The notes under the pieces are model-generated. The model was not told where the DNA came from. It searched no databases and saw only the letters and a list, made by a program, of their open reading frames with translations. 64,000 nt of DNA from NCBI GenBank assembly GCA_050250895.1, contig JBFWNU010000004.1, positions 174,924 to 238,923 of the forward strand, read 5' to 3'. Source of the DNA: Vulcanimicrobiota bacterium. GTDB taxonomy: Bacteria > Vulcanimicrobiota > Xenobia > Xenobiales > JADMJV01. How positions within the stretch are numbered: position 1 is the first letter of the stretch; each line of letters begins with the position of its first letter. The position numbers and the translations under genes are program-made. Shown piece by piece: positions 1 to 9,634 of this stretch.

Positions 1-1
1 C

Positions 2-208
2 GCCGGGCGTCTGGATGGAGTGGTAGGAATCGCCCTGGGCGAGTTCTCGGAGTGCGGCGCCAATCCGGTCGACACGGTCCTGGCCTGCCTCGACTGGCTG
101 GACGTGCCCACCCTCACCGATGTGGCCGTGGGGCACGGCAAGCTCAACCGACCGTTTGTCTATGGCTCGCGGGCTCGCATCGACAGCGACGGGCTGCACA
201 TAGAATAA
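2..208 (+). CDS. LD-carboxypeptidase (peptidase S66/MccF family), C-terminal fragment; 5' end lies outside the window
   Basis: Frame is open from position 2. GIALGEFSEC...VPTLTDVAVGHGKLNRPFVYGSRARI matches the S66 C-terminal GH..N.P...G motif containing the catalytic His. Confidence 0.75.
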   Translation, partial: AGRLDGVVGIALGEFSECGANPVDTVLACLDWLDVPTLTDVAVGHGKLNRPFVYGSRARIDSDGLHIE

Positions 209-345
209 TGGCCCGCGGTATCCGCGAGCCATCATGAGGTCCGTATGGTCATCTATGAACCCGGCCGAAGTCCACGCCAATTTCCTTCGACCGGTAGACG
301 CGAGCCTGATGATGCAGGAGGGTCAGCGCTCGCGTCGCCTTATGT
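203..345 (-). ncRNA. Candidate structured small RNA, unassigned family
   Basis: Three hairpins at 298-337, 261-295 and 209-231. Two stems have mismatches that are G-U pairs only on the minus strand. The last stem is followed by UUAUUCU. TATTCT at 357-352 could be a -10. Confidence 0.4.
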
Positions 346-466
346 GCCCCTAGAATACCCCGCCGGGACTGTCCTGGTGCTGGAAGCCGGCCCGCCTCTT
401 TAGCAAACTGTTGCCGAACTGTAAACAGTGAAGGCGGCCGGCAATCCGGCGCGAACTGACCGGCCT

Positions 467-1804
467 ATGATCGTGTGCGACCCCGCTACGCGGCCCGCGG
501 TGGAGAGTTTTCGAGCCCTGCTCGAGGCCGACCCCACCGGCACCCGCCAACAACATATGGCCATCCGCGAGCAACTGGTGGCCTGCAACCTGCTCTTTGG
601 CGACGCTCCTTTGCCGTTGTGCTTTGCCCCGGCCTTCATCACCCGCCAGCGACTCGAGCCTTTACGCCGCCAGGTGGTCAAACTGATGAACATCCTCTTC
701 AAGCTCGAGGACTCCCTGCGCGACCCTTACTGGCTGGGCTTGCTAAACATCGACCCCAGCGAGCAAGAGCTGATTCGCTTACCCAGCCGCATTCCGGCCG
801 GCCGGGCCATCTCGCGGGTCGACGGTTTTCTCAGCGCCGCCCAGCCCGGCGACCTCGGCTACCGGCTGGTCGAACTCAACGTCGACAGCCCGGGAGGAGG
901 CGCCTTTATGGATGTGTGTGCCCGCCTGCTGCGCAAGACGCCGGCCTGGCGCGACTTCTGCCGCCGTCACCCAGGCCGCTACCTGGCCACCGACCAGCGC
1001 GTCCTGCCGCTCCTGCTGCAATGCTGGAAAGACTGGGGCGGACAGGGTAAACCGCGCATCGCCATCGTCGACTGGATCACCGTCAACACGGTCGAAGAGT
1101 TCGAGGTCTTGCGCCGGCGTTTCTTGGCCTCGGGCATCGAAACCATCATCGCCGACCCCCGCGAACTGGAGTACCGACAGGGTCGCCTGCGGTGCTATGA
1201 CGGCAAACCGATCGATCTGGTCTATCGTCGAGTGCTGGTCGAAGACTTGCTGGCCAATCGTGACGAGGCCCGTCCGCTGCTGGCGGCCTGCCGCGACCAG
1301 GCGGTCTGTGTGGTCAACCCCTTTTCTTGCAAGCCGTTGACGGTCAAATCGCTACTGGCCCTGTTTTTCTTGCCCGAGGCCGAAAGGCTGTTGACTCGCT
1401 CCGAACTGGCTTTCCTTCACAGCATCGTCCCCTGGACGGCCATGGCCAGCGAAGCCATCGTGCCCCAGTTGCGAGCCGAGCGAGAGTCCCTCGTGCTCAA
1501 GCCCGCTGACGGCTGGGGGGCTCAAGGCATATACCTCGGCTGGACCCTCGACGAATCGGCCTGGGACGAGGCGCTCGCCATCGCCGTCCGCGACGGCTAT
1601 GTGGCCCAACGCCGCGTGCCCATCCCCCAGGAACCGTTTCCCGTTCCCGCGGGTGATGGCTGGGATTTCGTCCCCTTCCGGGTTGACTTCGACCCCTACA
1701 TGTTCGGCCGCGGGATGGCCGACCCGCTGGTGCGCATGGCCAATAGCGACGTGCTCAACGTCAAAGCCGGCGCCCAGATTGCCGTGACCTGGGTGCTCGA
1801 CTAG
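467..1804 (+). CDS. Circularly permuted ATP-grasp amidoligase (glutathionylspermidine synthase-like)
   Basis: Motifs RVDGF, ELNVDSPGG, IADPRELEY..GRL...DGKPIDLVYRR, LVLKPADGWGAQG, YVAQ. ATG 467 is preferred over GTG 428 because an AGG-N-GAAC promoter-like motif lies at 432-456. Confidence 0.8.
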   Translation: MIVCDPATRPAVESFRALLEADPTGTRQQHMAIREQLVACNLLFGDAPLPLCFAPAFITRQRLEPLRRQVVKLMNILFKLEDSLRDPYWLGLLNIDPSEQELIRLPSRIPAGRAISRVDGFLSAAQPGDLGYRLVELNVDSPGGGAFMDVCARLLRKTPAWRDFCRRHPGRYLATDQRVLPLLLQCWKDWGGQGKPRIAIVDWITVNTVEEFEVLRRRFLASGIETIIADPRELEYRQGRLRCYDGKPIDLVYRRVLVEDLLANRDEARPLLAACRDQAVCVVNPFSCKPLTVKSLLALFFLPEAERLLTRSELAFLHSIVPWTAMASEAIVPQLRAERESLVLKPADGWGAQGIYLGWTLDESAWDEALAIAVRDGYVAQRRVPIPQEPFPVPAGDGWDFVPFRVDFDPYMFGRGMADPLVRMANSDVLNVKAGAQIAVTWVLD

Positions 1805-1915
1805 CCTGGTCCGGGCGAAGGCCGCTCCCCCTCGGGTAGCAGGCCCCGAGAAGGAGTTTGGTCAGCCACTGCGGAAGTCTAGTCACTTGAATTTTGTTCT
1901 CCTTCAGGAGGGACG

Positions 1916-2221
1916 ATGAAAAGACTTAACACGCTTCTCGCGATGCTCGTTTGCCTGGCCGTGTTCACGGCCCCGGCTTCGGCCTGGCTGTTCGGGCCAC
2001 CTACCGAGACCTTCGAGGGAGTGATCAATTATATCCAGCCCACCAACTTCACCATGCTGGCTTCCGGCAACCAGCTAATCCGGGTGATGGTACCGGCCGA
2101 CAAAAAGGTGCCGACCGAGGTCCAGATCGGGGTGAAGGTCAAGGTCGTGGCCATCCAGGGCGAAAACAAGCTGTGGTATCTCGACCACTTCGAGGCGATC
2201 TCGCTGCAGCCGACGCCCTAG
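1916..2221 (+). CDS. Small secreted protein, probable OB-fold (DUF5666-like)
   Basis: Strong RBS (AGGAGG), Sec signal peptide ending ASA, beta-rich body, terminator downstream. Confidence 0.7.
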   Translation: MKRLNTLLAMLVCLAVFTAPASAWLFGPPTETFEGVINYIQPTNFTMLASGNQLIRVMVPADKKVPTEVQIGVKVKVVAIQGENKLWYLDHFEAISLQPTP

Positions 2222-2237
2222 AGCAGCCCGGGGCGAT

Positions 2238-2272
2238 AGAGCGCGCGGTCAATGGCCGCGCGCTTTTCATTT
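2238..2272 (+). terminator. Rho-independent terminator
   Basis: AGCGCGCGGTC-aat-GGCCGCGCGCT stem followed by TTTCATTT. Confidence 0.75.
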
Positions 2273-2338
2273 GCAGACAGGCCAGGCAGGAAATTGCTCG
2301 ATCCCAGCTAAAGGGCCCAGGGAATTAGCGAGGTTTCT

Positions 2339-3277
2339 ATGTTTTTTCGACATTTATCCACTCTTGTGTTGAGCCTGTGGTTGCTGGCTCCGGCCCTGGC
2401 CGCCCCCGCCGAAGTCAAAGTGGTGGAAAAGGGCGACCGTATCGATGTGGTCGTGACCACCGCAGGCAAGACCGCGGGCAAGACTCGCGAGGTGGACTCT
2501 GAGCGATTCCTCGAACTGGCCCTGCCGAACACTTCGGTGGGCAAGAAGACCATCGCCGTCGACAAAGGGCTGGTCAGCCAGGTCACCACCGAGCAGAACG
2601 GCTCGACGGCCCTGGTACGAGTGCACTTCTTGTCCAAACCCAAGGCCAGCTTCAAGAGCGCTGGCAACGAGCACATCTATTCGGTGTCGACGGTGAGGAT
2701 GGCCTCCTCTCAGGCACGCCCCACCGCCCCGGTGGCGGCCAACCCCCGAGCCCCGGTTGCGCCGGTTCAGCCGGTCAAACCCGTGACTCCCACTCCGAGG
2801 CCGGCCCCGGCCCCGGCCCCGGCCAAGCCATCTGGCAAGAGTGTCTCGCTCACTCTCAACAATGTGGCTATCCGCGAGGCGATCACGGCCATGGCCACAC
2901 AGACCGGTCTCAAAGCCGAGATCCCCGACAGTCTGACCGGCTCCACCTCGGTGTCGCTCACCGACATTCCTCTCGAGATCGCTCTCGACACGGTGTTGGG
3001 TGGTAAGCTGGGAGAGTATCGCTATGAGATCACTCCCAGCACGCTGCGAATTCTGGCTTCGGGAGGGGTCACCGTTCACCCCACCGCCGGCGGCGTGGCT
3101 TACGAGTACTACCCATTCCGTGACAAAAGCGCTCGGGATATGATGGAAGCGGTCAAGCTGGCTATCCCCAACTTGACCTACCAGGTCGACGACCGCCTGA
3201 ACATCCTGCTAGCCCAGGGCGACCCGGCCGATCTCGACCGCCTCACGAAGCTGCTGCAGTCGATGTCGCAGAAGTAG
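2339..3277 (+). CDS. Secreted protein with AMIN-like, Pro-rich linker and secretin N-terminal (STN/N0, N1-like) domains; no secretin barrel
   Basis: Signal peptide; AMIN-like FLELALPNT segment; PA-rich linker; VSLTLNNVAIREAI...VSLTDIPLEIALDTVL (N0); VDDRLNILLAQGDPADLDRLTKLLQSM (ring-building N domain), then stop. Confidence 0.7.
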   Translation: MFFRHLSTLVLSLWLLAPALAAPAEVKVVEKGDRIDVVVTTAGKTAGKTREVDSERFLELALPNTSVGKKTIAVDKGLVSQVTTEQNGSTALVRVHFLSKPKASFKSAGNEHIYSVSTVRMASSQARPTAPVAANPRAPVAPVQPVKPVTPTPRPAPAPAPAKPSGKSVSLTLNNVAIREAITAMATQTGLKAEIPDSLTGSTSVSLTDIPLEIALDTVLGGKLGEYRYEITPSTLRILASGGVTVHPTAGGVAYEYYPFRDKSARDMMEAVKLAIPNLTYQVDDRLNILLAQGDPADLDRLTKLLQSMSQK

Positions 3278-3358
3278 TCTCGCCCCTCTCGAAATGGGAG
3301 GACTCCCACGAAACTTGAACGAACGCTGGGATAACATTCCCCCCCGAGGAGCACGTAT

Positions 3359-5338
3359 TTGAAGGCTAAGGTGGAAAAGTCGCTCAAAGAGCTCAAGGCC
3401 CTCGTCAAGGAAAACCCCGACGATCCCGAGAGCTGCTATGAACTTGGTGTGGCCTATGCCCGCCAGGGCGACATGGGCCTGGCCTGCCGACATTGGCGCA
3501 AGGTCCTCGAGCTCGACTCCACCCACACAGCGGCCCGTTATTTTCTGGGGATGGCTTATCTGAGCCAGGGCAAACTGCAGCAAGCGGTAGCTCAGTATCG
3601 CTCGGCGCTCGAACTCAACCCGGATGACCATTACGCCTACAACAACCTCGGCCTGGTCCTGGCTCGTCAAGACCAGTTCGACGAAGCGATCGATTGTTGG
3701 CACCGGGCCCTGAAGATCAAGCCCGACTACGGTCAGGCTCACTACAATCTGGGGCTGGTCTATTCGCGACTGAATCGGCTCGACGAAGCCATCAGCGAAT
3801 ATCGCGAAGCGCTCGAAATCAATCCGCAAGATGTCTATGCGCGCAACAACCTCGGTCAACTCTACGCCCGCCGCAACGAACTCGATCTGGCCGAGAAAGA
3901 GTTTTCTCGAGCCATCGAGATTGATGGCGAAGACCTCTATGCCCACAACAACCTGGGTAAACTTTACGACCGTACCGGACGCATCGACGACGCCCAGCGC
4001 GAATTCGAGAAGGCGCTCGAGATCGACTCCGATGATGCCTACGCCCGCAACAACCTGGGGCGAATCCTGGCGAAACAGGGTGAGTATGAAGAGGCCGTGG
4101 CCCAGTTCCACAAAGTGCTCGAGACCTCTCCCGACGACGCCGTCGCCTACCACAATCTGGGTCGTATCCGAGCCCAACTCAACCAGTGGGAAGAGGCTGT
4201 CGAGGCCTATCAAAAGGCCCTCGAACTAGCTCCCGAAGACACCTATGCCCGCAACAACCTGGGGCGGGCCATGCTCAGTCTCGGTCGGGTCGAAGAGGCC
4301 GAAAAAGAGTTCAATTTCTCGCTGTCGCTAAACGACCGCGATGGCTATGCCCTCAATAACCTGGGTCTGTGCCTGCTGCGCCAGGGTCGGGTCGAAGAGG
4401 CCATCGAGGTGCTCCAGCGGGCTCTCAATCTCGACGAAGGTGACCTGCTCGCTTACAACAACCTGGGCTTCTCGCTTTCGAGCCTGGGCCGCTACAGCGA
4501 GGCCATCACCCAGTTCGAGAACGCCCTGCGAATCGAGCCCAGCGATACCTACGCCCTCACCAATCTCGGACTGGCCTACGCCCGCCTGAGCCGAATCGAG
4601 GACGCCGTTCGCAACTATCGGGCCGCTCTCGAAATCGACCCCGGCGACATCTATGCCCACAACAATCTTGGTCTGGCCTACCTCAGCGAAGAGAACTGGG
4701 ATTCGGCTCTCGAGGCGTTCAGCCAGGCCCTCGAGGTCGACCCCAACGACCCCTACACCTATAACAACCGCGGTCTTGCCTACACTTCGATGGGCCGACT
4801 CGACGATGCGGCCAATGATTTCACCCGGGCGTTAGAGTTCGACCCCAGCGACATCTACGCACACAATAACCTGGGCATCGTATTTGCTCGCCAGAGCAAA
4901 CTCGACGAAGCCATTGGCAAGTGGCGCGATGCGTTGGCCCTTAATCCTCGCTACGCCGAGGCCCATTTCAACCTGGGATTGGCCTATTTCGAAAAGCAAG
5001 ATTTCCGCGAGGCCGTGGTCGAGTTCGAAGAGGCCCTGGCCATTGATCCGGCGCTCTTGCCCGCTCGTGGCAACCTGGCTCTGGCTTACGCTCGGCTGGG
5101 CAACGAGAAGATGGCCAAGGTCCAGTTACGAGTCGCTCGCGAGTCGGCCGAAGGCACCCATCAAGACGATTATTTAGAGAAACTCGGCGAAGATGTCGAG
5201 CAGGCCCTGGCCAAGCCGGTGTCCGAAGAGTCGGCATCCGAAGAAGAAGACGATGCCAAGCGCGCGGCTCCGCTCAAGAAGCTCAAAAAGACCAAGAAGA
5301 CTAAGAAGCCGAAAGCTCGCAAGGGTCGCAAGAAATAG
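3359..5338 (+). CDS. Tetratricopeptide repeat protein, about 17 contiguous TPRs plus acidic and Lys-rich tail
   Basis: 34-aa repeats with consensus D.YA.NNLG.......A...F..AL.I.P; TTG start with GAGGAG RBS. Confidence 0.9.
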   Translation: MKAKVEKSLKELKALVKENPDDPESCYELGVAYARQGDMGLACRHWRKVLELDSTHTAARYFLGMAYLSQGKLQQAVAQYRSALELNPDDHYAYNNLGLVLARQDQFDEAIDCWHRALKIKPDYGQAHYNLGLVYSRLNRLDEAISEYREALEINPQDVYARNNLGQLYARRNELDLAEKEFSRAIEIDGEDLYAHNNLGKLYDRTGRIDDAQREFEKALEIDSDDAYARNNLGRILAKQGEYEEAVAQFHKVLETSPDDAVAYHNLGRIRAQLNQWEEAVEAYQKALELAPEDTYARNNLGRAMLSLGRVEEAEKEFNFSLSLNDRDGYALNNLGLCLLRQGRVEEAIEVLQRALNLDEGDLLAYNNLGFSLSSLGRYSEAITQFENALRIEPSDTYALTNLGLAYARLSRIEDAVRNYRAALEIDPGDIYAHNNLGLAYLSEENWDSALEAFSQALEVDPNDPYTYNNRGLAYTSMGRLDDAANDFTRALEFDPSDIYAHNNLGIVFARQSKLDEAIGKWRDALALNPRYAEAHFNLGLAYFEKQDFREAVVEFEEALAIDPALLPARGNLALAYARLGNEKMAKVQLRVARESAEGTHQDDYLEKLGEDVEQALAKPVSEESASEEEDDAKRAAPLKKLKKTKKTKKPKARKGRKK

Positions 5339-5466
5339 TCGACCCGACCGTCGAAACCCGAGCGGATTGTCCGGGTTGAACCCTCCCGAAGCCCCTTCTC
5401 GAGGTTTGGTGTTCGGCACCGCCTGGGTAACTCATCATGAGCGGGAGCGGGGCCCGCCGCGGTGAC

Positions 5467-7179
5467 ATGAAGAAGAACAAAGTCTTTCGGTTTCTGGCTT
5501 CCCTCAAGCTTGCAGTCATTCTGCTGGTAGCCCTGGCCGCGATCCTCGCTACGGCCACCTACTACGAGTCGCTCTATGATGCCAAGACGGCTCAACACCT
5601 CGTCTACGGCAGCCCCGCCTTTGCTGCCTTCCTGGCCCTGCTGGGGGTGAACGTCTTCTGCTCGGCGGCCATCCGCTATCCGTTCAAGCCCCACCAAACA
5701 GGCTTCGTGGTCACTCATATCGGCATCATCATTATTCTGCTGGGGTCGCTGGTCACTATGGCCAAAGGGGTCGACGGCACGCTGGCCCTCGAAGAAGGGC
5801 AGAGCGGCAAGCGGGTCACCCTCGACGAGCCGATCCTCTACTTCGGGGCCGGGCGTGAACAGATTCGTGAAATTCCCGCCGAGTTTCGCTGGAACCCGCC
5901 TCGTCCCGACCGACCGGTCCGCTATCCCCTGGCTGAAGGCTTGACCGCGGTGGTGGATGGCTACTATCACCACTCGGTCGAGGAGATCGACTACCTGGCC
6001 GACGACAAGGGCGTCCCGGCGCTCAAAGTCAGGCTGTCCAACTCGCGGGTCGACGTCAGTCAGTGGATGACCATTTCCGACGGTCGCCTCTCGATGGGGC
6101 CGGCCACTCTGCAGATGCTGAGACTGCGCCCCGATGAAGTTGCCCCGTTCCTGGCCGGTGAGGCGGCCGCGGCCGACCAGGGGCAACTACAGATTCTGGT
6201 GGGCGACCAGCCTTTCACCCTGCAGGTTCGCGATCTGGGCCCCGCCGCCACGCAGGTCGGCGACACTGACGTTTCCGTGACCCTGCTTCGCTATCTGGCC
6301 CACGCGGTGGTAGAGGGAGATAACCTCATCAGCCGCTCGGACGAACCGGTCAACCCCACCCTCGAACTCGAGGTTCACCAGGGCGCAGCGATGCAGCGCT
6401 GGTATCTGTTCGCTCGCATGCCCGAACTCAACACCCGTACCGCCAGCGAGGGCAAAGAAATCCCGGTGCGGTTGCTCTACTCCATGGAGCCCGCCTCGAA
6501 CCGTTCTCTAGAACTGGCCGTGGCCGACGATAAAGTGTTTTTTCGGATCGATGGCAAGAAGACCGGAGAGGTCAAAAAGGGCGACAAAATCCCCACTGGC
6601 TGGATGGACCTGGAGTTCGAACTGCAGGATTTCTTGCCCCAAGCCAGGCGCGAAAAGCTCTATCGCGAGTTCAAGCCGAAGAAGTCCAACGAGAAAGAGG
6701 GACCCCCACCGGCCGTCCGCGTCACCGTCGAGGGCGCTCCTGAACCGGGGCCTTACTGGCTTCAACGAGGCGACATCATCCAATTGGCGGCCCCGGCCGG
6801 CTATGAGGAGAACCTGGTGCTAGGCTACGGACTGAGAACCGTCCCCCTTGGCTTCGAGATCAAGCTCAAGGACTTCGAGGTCGGATTTGATCCGGGCACC
6901 CGCAACGCCGCCAGCTACAAGAGTGTCATCGAGGTAGAGGGCAATGACCATGTCGTCCAGATGAACGAGCCTTTTCACAAAGACGGCTACAACGTCTTCC
7001 AGGCGTCCTTCGGTGACGGGCCAGGAGGAGAGTCGACGGTGTCGGTCTTCTCGATAGCCCGAGACCCTGGCATCTTTCTGAAATATTTAGGCTCAATCTT
7101 GCTAGTTTTAGGCATTATCATTATGTTCTACGTCAAGCCTTATATGCTGAAGAAGAAGAAACCCGAGGCCACAGAATGA
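5467..7179 (+). CDS. resB: Cytochrome c biogenesis protein ResB/CcsB (system II)
   Basis: N-terminal LASLKLAVILL TM segments with conserved His (GFVVTHIG); C-terminal MNEPF..DGY.VFQAS...RDPG..LKYLG; overlaps ccsA by ATGA. Confidence 0.85.
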   Translation: MKKNKVFRFLASLKLAVILLVALAAILATATYYESLYDAKTAQHLVYGSPAFAAFLALLGVNVFCSAAIRYPFKPHQTGFVVTHIGIIIILLGSLVTMAKGVDGTLALEEGQSGKRVTLDEPILYFGAGREQIREIPAEFRWNPPRPDRPVRYPLAEGLTAVVDGYYHHSVEEIDYLADDKGVPALKVRLSNSRVDVSQWMTISDGRLSMGPATLQMLRLRPDEVAPFLAGEAAAADQGQLQILVGDQPFTLQVRDLGPAATQVGDTDVSVTLLRYLAHAVVEGDNLISRSDEPVNPTLELEVHQGAAMQRWYLFARMPELNTRTASEGKEIPVRLLYSMEPASNRSLELAVADDKVFFRIDGKKTGEVKKGDKIPTGWMDLEFELQDFLPQARREKLYREFKPKKSNEKEGPPPAVRVTVEGAPEPGPYWLQRGDIIQLAAPAGYEENLVLGYGLRTVPLGFEIKLKDFEVGFDPGTRNAASYKSVIEVEGNDHVVQMNEPFHKDGYNVFQASFGDGPGGESTVSVFSIARDPGIFLKYLGSILLVLGIIIMFYVKPYMLKKKKPEATE

Positions 7180-8795
7180 AAAGACTGATCATAGGACTGG
7201 TGCTGTTGACCACCCTCGGCGCCCTGGCGGGGGCCGAGTTCAGAATCGACGTCTCTCCCATGAAGACGCTACCGATTCAGGTCGGCGGCCGCATCAAACC
7301 TCTGGATACCTTCGCCCGCGAGGCCGTCCGCTTGATCACCGGCAAGGCCTCGTTCCAGGAAGAAGAACCAGTGGCCACCGTGCTGCGCTGGTGGGCCTCG
7401 CCCGAGGCGGCTCGTCAAGAGAAGAACATCGAACTGCGCAACCTGGCCCTCAAGCAAAAGCTGGGCCTACCCGACGAGCGGTTCTTCTCCAGTTCCGAAC
7501 TCGACCAGAACGCCGAGTTCAACAAGCTGCGCGAACAGGTTCACCAACGGATGCGCGGCGAGGAAGAGCTTTCCGAGGAAGAGCAAGAGGTCCAGCAACT
7601 GCTGGTCAAGATGGCCAGCCTCGAGAATATCGCCAGCGGTGCCGCCATCACGGTGGTGCCCAACCCCACCGGGATGGAGCAAGCCTGGGGCAGCCTGGCC
7701 GACTTGAGCCATCCCGATGTCATCGAGAGCCTCTACCCGCTGCGCGACTCGGCAGAATCGCTGCGCACAGCCCTGACCAACGAGGATCAGGCCGCCTTCA
7801 CGGCTGCCCTCGAGCAGTTCCGCACGGGACTGGCCCAGATCGGTCCGGCCCCGTCCCAGGGGGTCATGGCTCGCGAGGTCTTCTTCAACGCTTTTCACCC
7901 CTTCCGCAAGGCCTGGGTCCTCTATCTGATCGGCTTTTTGTGCCTGCTGTTCTCGCCCGCCGGGCGCGAGAGCAAGCCCTATTGGGTGGGCCTGTGCCTG
8001 GCTTTGATGGGCTTCTGCCTGCATGCTTATGGCTTTTATCTGCGCTGCATGATCGCCGGCCGGCCCCCAGTGACCAACATGTACGAGTCGGTCATCTGGG
8101 TCGCCTTCGGAGCAGTGCTCTTCTCCTTGATCTTCGAGTATTTTTACAAGGCCCGTAACTACGTGCTGGCCTCGACCGGCGCCGCCGTCATCTGCCTCAT
8201 ATTGGCAGATTCACTGCCGGCCGTGCTCGACCCCTCGATCAAGCCTCTGACACCCGTGCTTCGCAACAATTTCTGGCTGACCGTGCATGTGCTCACCATC
8301 ACCCTGGGCTATGCCGCCTTTCTGCTGTCGCTGGGCCTGGGCCACATGACGCTGGTCAAATACGCCTTTCGCCCCGACCAGGAAGACTCGCTCAAAGCGC
8401 TCAACCAGGCCCTCTACAAGTCGATCCAGGTGGGCGTGCTCTTCCTGGCGGCCGGCACCATCCTGGGCGGCGTCTGGGCCAACTATTCGTGGGGCCGCTT
8501 CTGGGGTTGGGACCCGAAGGAGGTATGGGCTCTCATCGCTCTCCTCGGCTACCTGGCCATCCTACACGGCCGCTACGCCGGTTGGCTGCGCGAGTTCGGC
8601 ATGGCCGCCTGGTCGGTGATCGCTTTTCTCGGCGTGCTGATGGCCTGGTACGGCGTCAACTACGTGCTGGGCGCCGGTCTGCACAGCTATGGCTTTGGCA
8701 CCGGCGGCTATCAATACGTGTCCATCTATGTGCTGGTCGAATGCGCCTTCGTGGCGGCCATGACCCTGAGGTACCGTAACCGTCTGCGCTCCTGA
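7176..8795 (+). CDS. ccsA: Cytochrome c biogenesis protein CcsA/ResC
   Basis: WWD motif WANYSWGRFWGWDPKEVW, PVTNMYES, WLTVHV, GLHSY. Confidence 0.95.
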   Translation: MKRLIIGLVLLTTLGALAGAEFRIDVSPMKTLPIQVGGRIKPLDTFAREAVRLITGKASFQEEEPVATVLRWWASPEAARQEKNIELRNLALKQKLGLPDERFFSSSELDQNAEFNKLREQVHQRMRGEEELSEEEQEVQQLLVKMASLENIASGAAITVVPNPTGMEQAWGSLADLSHPDVIESLYPLRDSAESLRTALTNEDQAAFTAALEQFRTGLAQIGPAPSQGVMAREVFFNAFHPFRKAWVLYLIGFLCLLFSPAGRESKPYWVGLCLALMGFCLHAYGFYLRCMIAGRPPVTNMYESVIWVAFGAVLFSLIFEYFYKARNYVLASTGAAVICLILADSLPAVLDPSIKPLTPVLRNNFWLTVHVLTITLGYAAFLLSLGLGHMTLVKYAFRPDQEDSLKALNQALYKSIQVGVLFLAAGTILGGVWANYSWGRFWGWDPKEVWALIALLGYLAILHGRYAGWLREFGMAAWSVIAFLGVLMAWYGVNYVLGAGLHSYGFGTGGYQYVSIYVLVECAFVAAMTLRYRNRLRS

Positions 8796-9631
8796 TGCCC
8801 TTTGACCCATGTAACACATGTAGCTATCTCAACCGCGACGCCGAGATAACCGGCTCGGCCCCCACCGAGGAGGCCTATGTCGTGGTCGAGGTGGCCAAGC
8901 CCTGGCCCCGCAAGATCAAGAAAGCAGCCGACCTGCCCGAAGAGCTTCGCGACGTGGTCAAACGCGCGCCGGTGGACGGGTGCCTCATCGGCACGCCCCC
9001 CAGCGGCCCCGAGCGCCGCGTCAGGGTCTATCGGCACGACGGCTCGACCACTCTCTGCGACGACTTCGCCTATGACCCCAGGCGCCTGCAGGACTCGCTC
9101 TCGGGCTCACCCAAAGGGTCGCCCGCCGAGCCCGTCCTGCTGGTCTGCACCCACGGTAGCCGCGACGCCTGTTGCGGCCGCCTCGGCGTTCCCCTGCTCA
9201 AGGCCTCGAGCCCGGAGCGCCAGTTCATCGAGTGCAGCCATCTGGGCGGTCATCGTTTTGCCCCGGTGGTGCTGGCCCTACCCGAGTGGCGCTTTTACGG
9301 ACGGCTCACTCCCGCCGGAATGCATGAATTCCTCTCCCGCCTGGCCGGGCGTCAACCCGACCCCGGCCACTACCGTGGCTGCGGCCTTTATCCTAAGCCG
9401 GTTCAGGTGGTCGAGGCCGAACTGTGGCGCCGACTAAACTCACCACCCCGCCTCGAGCACTTCGAGATCGACCAGGACATTGTGCGGGTTTTTCTGGCCG
9501 GAGGCGAGCGTTTCGAGGCCCGGGTCGAAAAGGCCAATTTCGAAACCATCGCCAGTTGCCGGGATATCGACGACGGTAAGACCAAAAATGAAAAGTTCTA
9601 TCGGTTAGTCGAGCTTCTTGTGCTAAGATAG
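8795..9631 (+). CDS. Sucrase/ferredoxin-like (Apd1/Aim32-type thioredoxin-like 2Fe-2S) protein
   Basis: LVCTHGSRDACCG and CSHLGGHRFAP motifs. Confidence 0.85.
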   Translation: MPFDPCNTCSYLNRDAEITGSAPTEEAYVVVEVAKPWPRKIKKAADLPEELRDVVKRAPVDGCLIGTPPSGPERRVRVYRHDGSTTLCDDFAYDPRRLQDSLSGSPKGSPAEPVLLVCTHGSRDACCGRLGVPLLKASSPERQFIECSHLGGHRFAPVVLALPEWRFYGRLTPAGMHEFLSRLAGRQPDPGHYRGCGLYPKPVQVVEAELWRRLNSPPRLEHFEIDQDIVRVFLAGGERFEARVEKANFETIASCRDIDDGKTKNEKFYRLVELLVLR

Positions 9632-9634
9632 GTC

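Noticed and set aside
234-353. 39-aa plus-strand ORF as a RiPP precursor for the ATP-grasp ligase
   Set aside because: No RBS, no precursor-like composition or repeated core; the region is better explained by RNA stems.
2801-2824. (CCGGCC)4 repeat
   Set aside because: Encodes the Pro-Ala linker of the secretin-N protein; ordinary coding low complexity.
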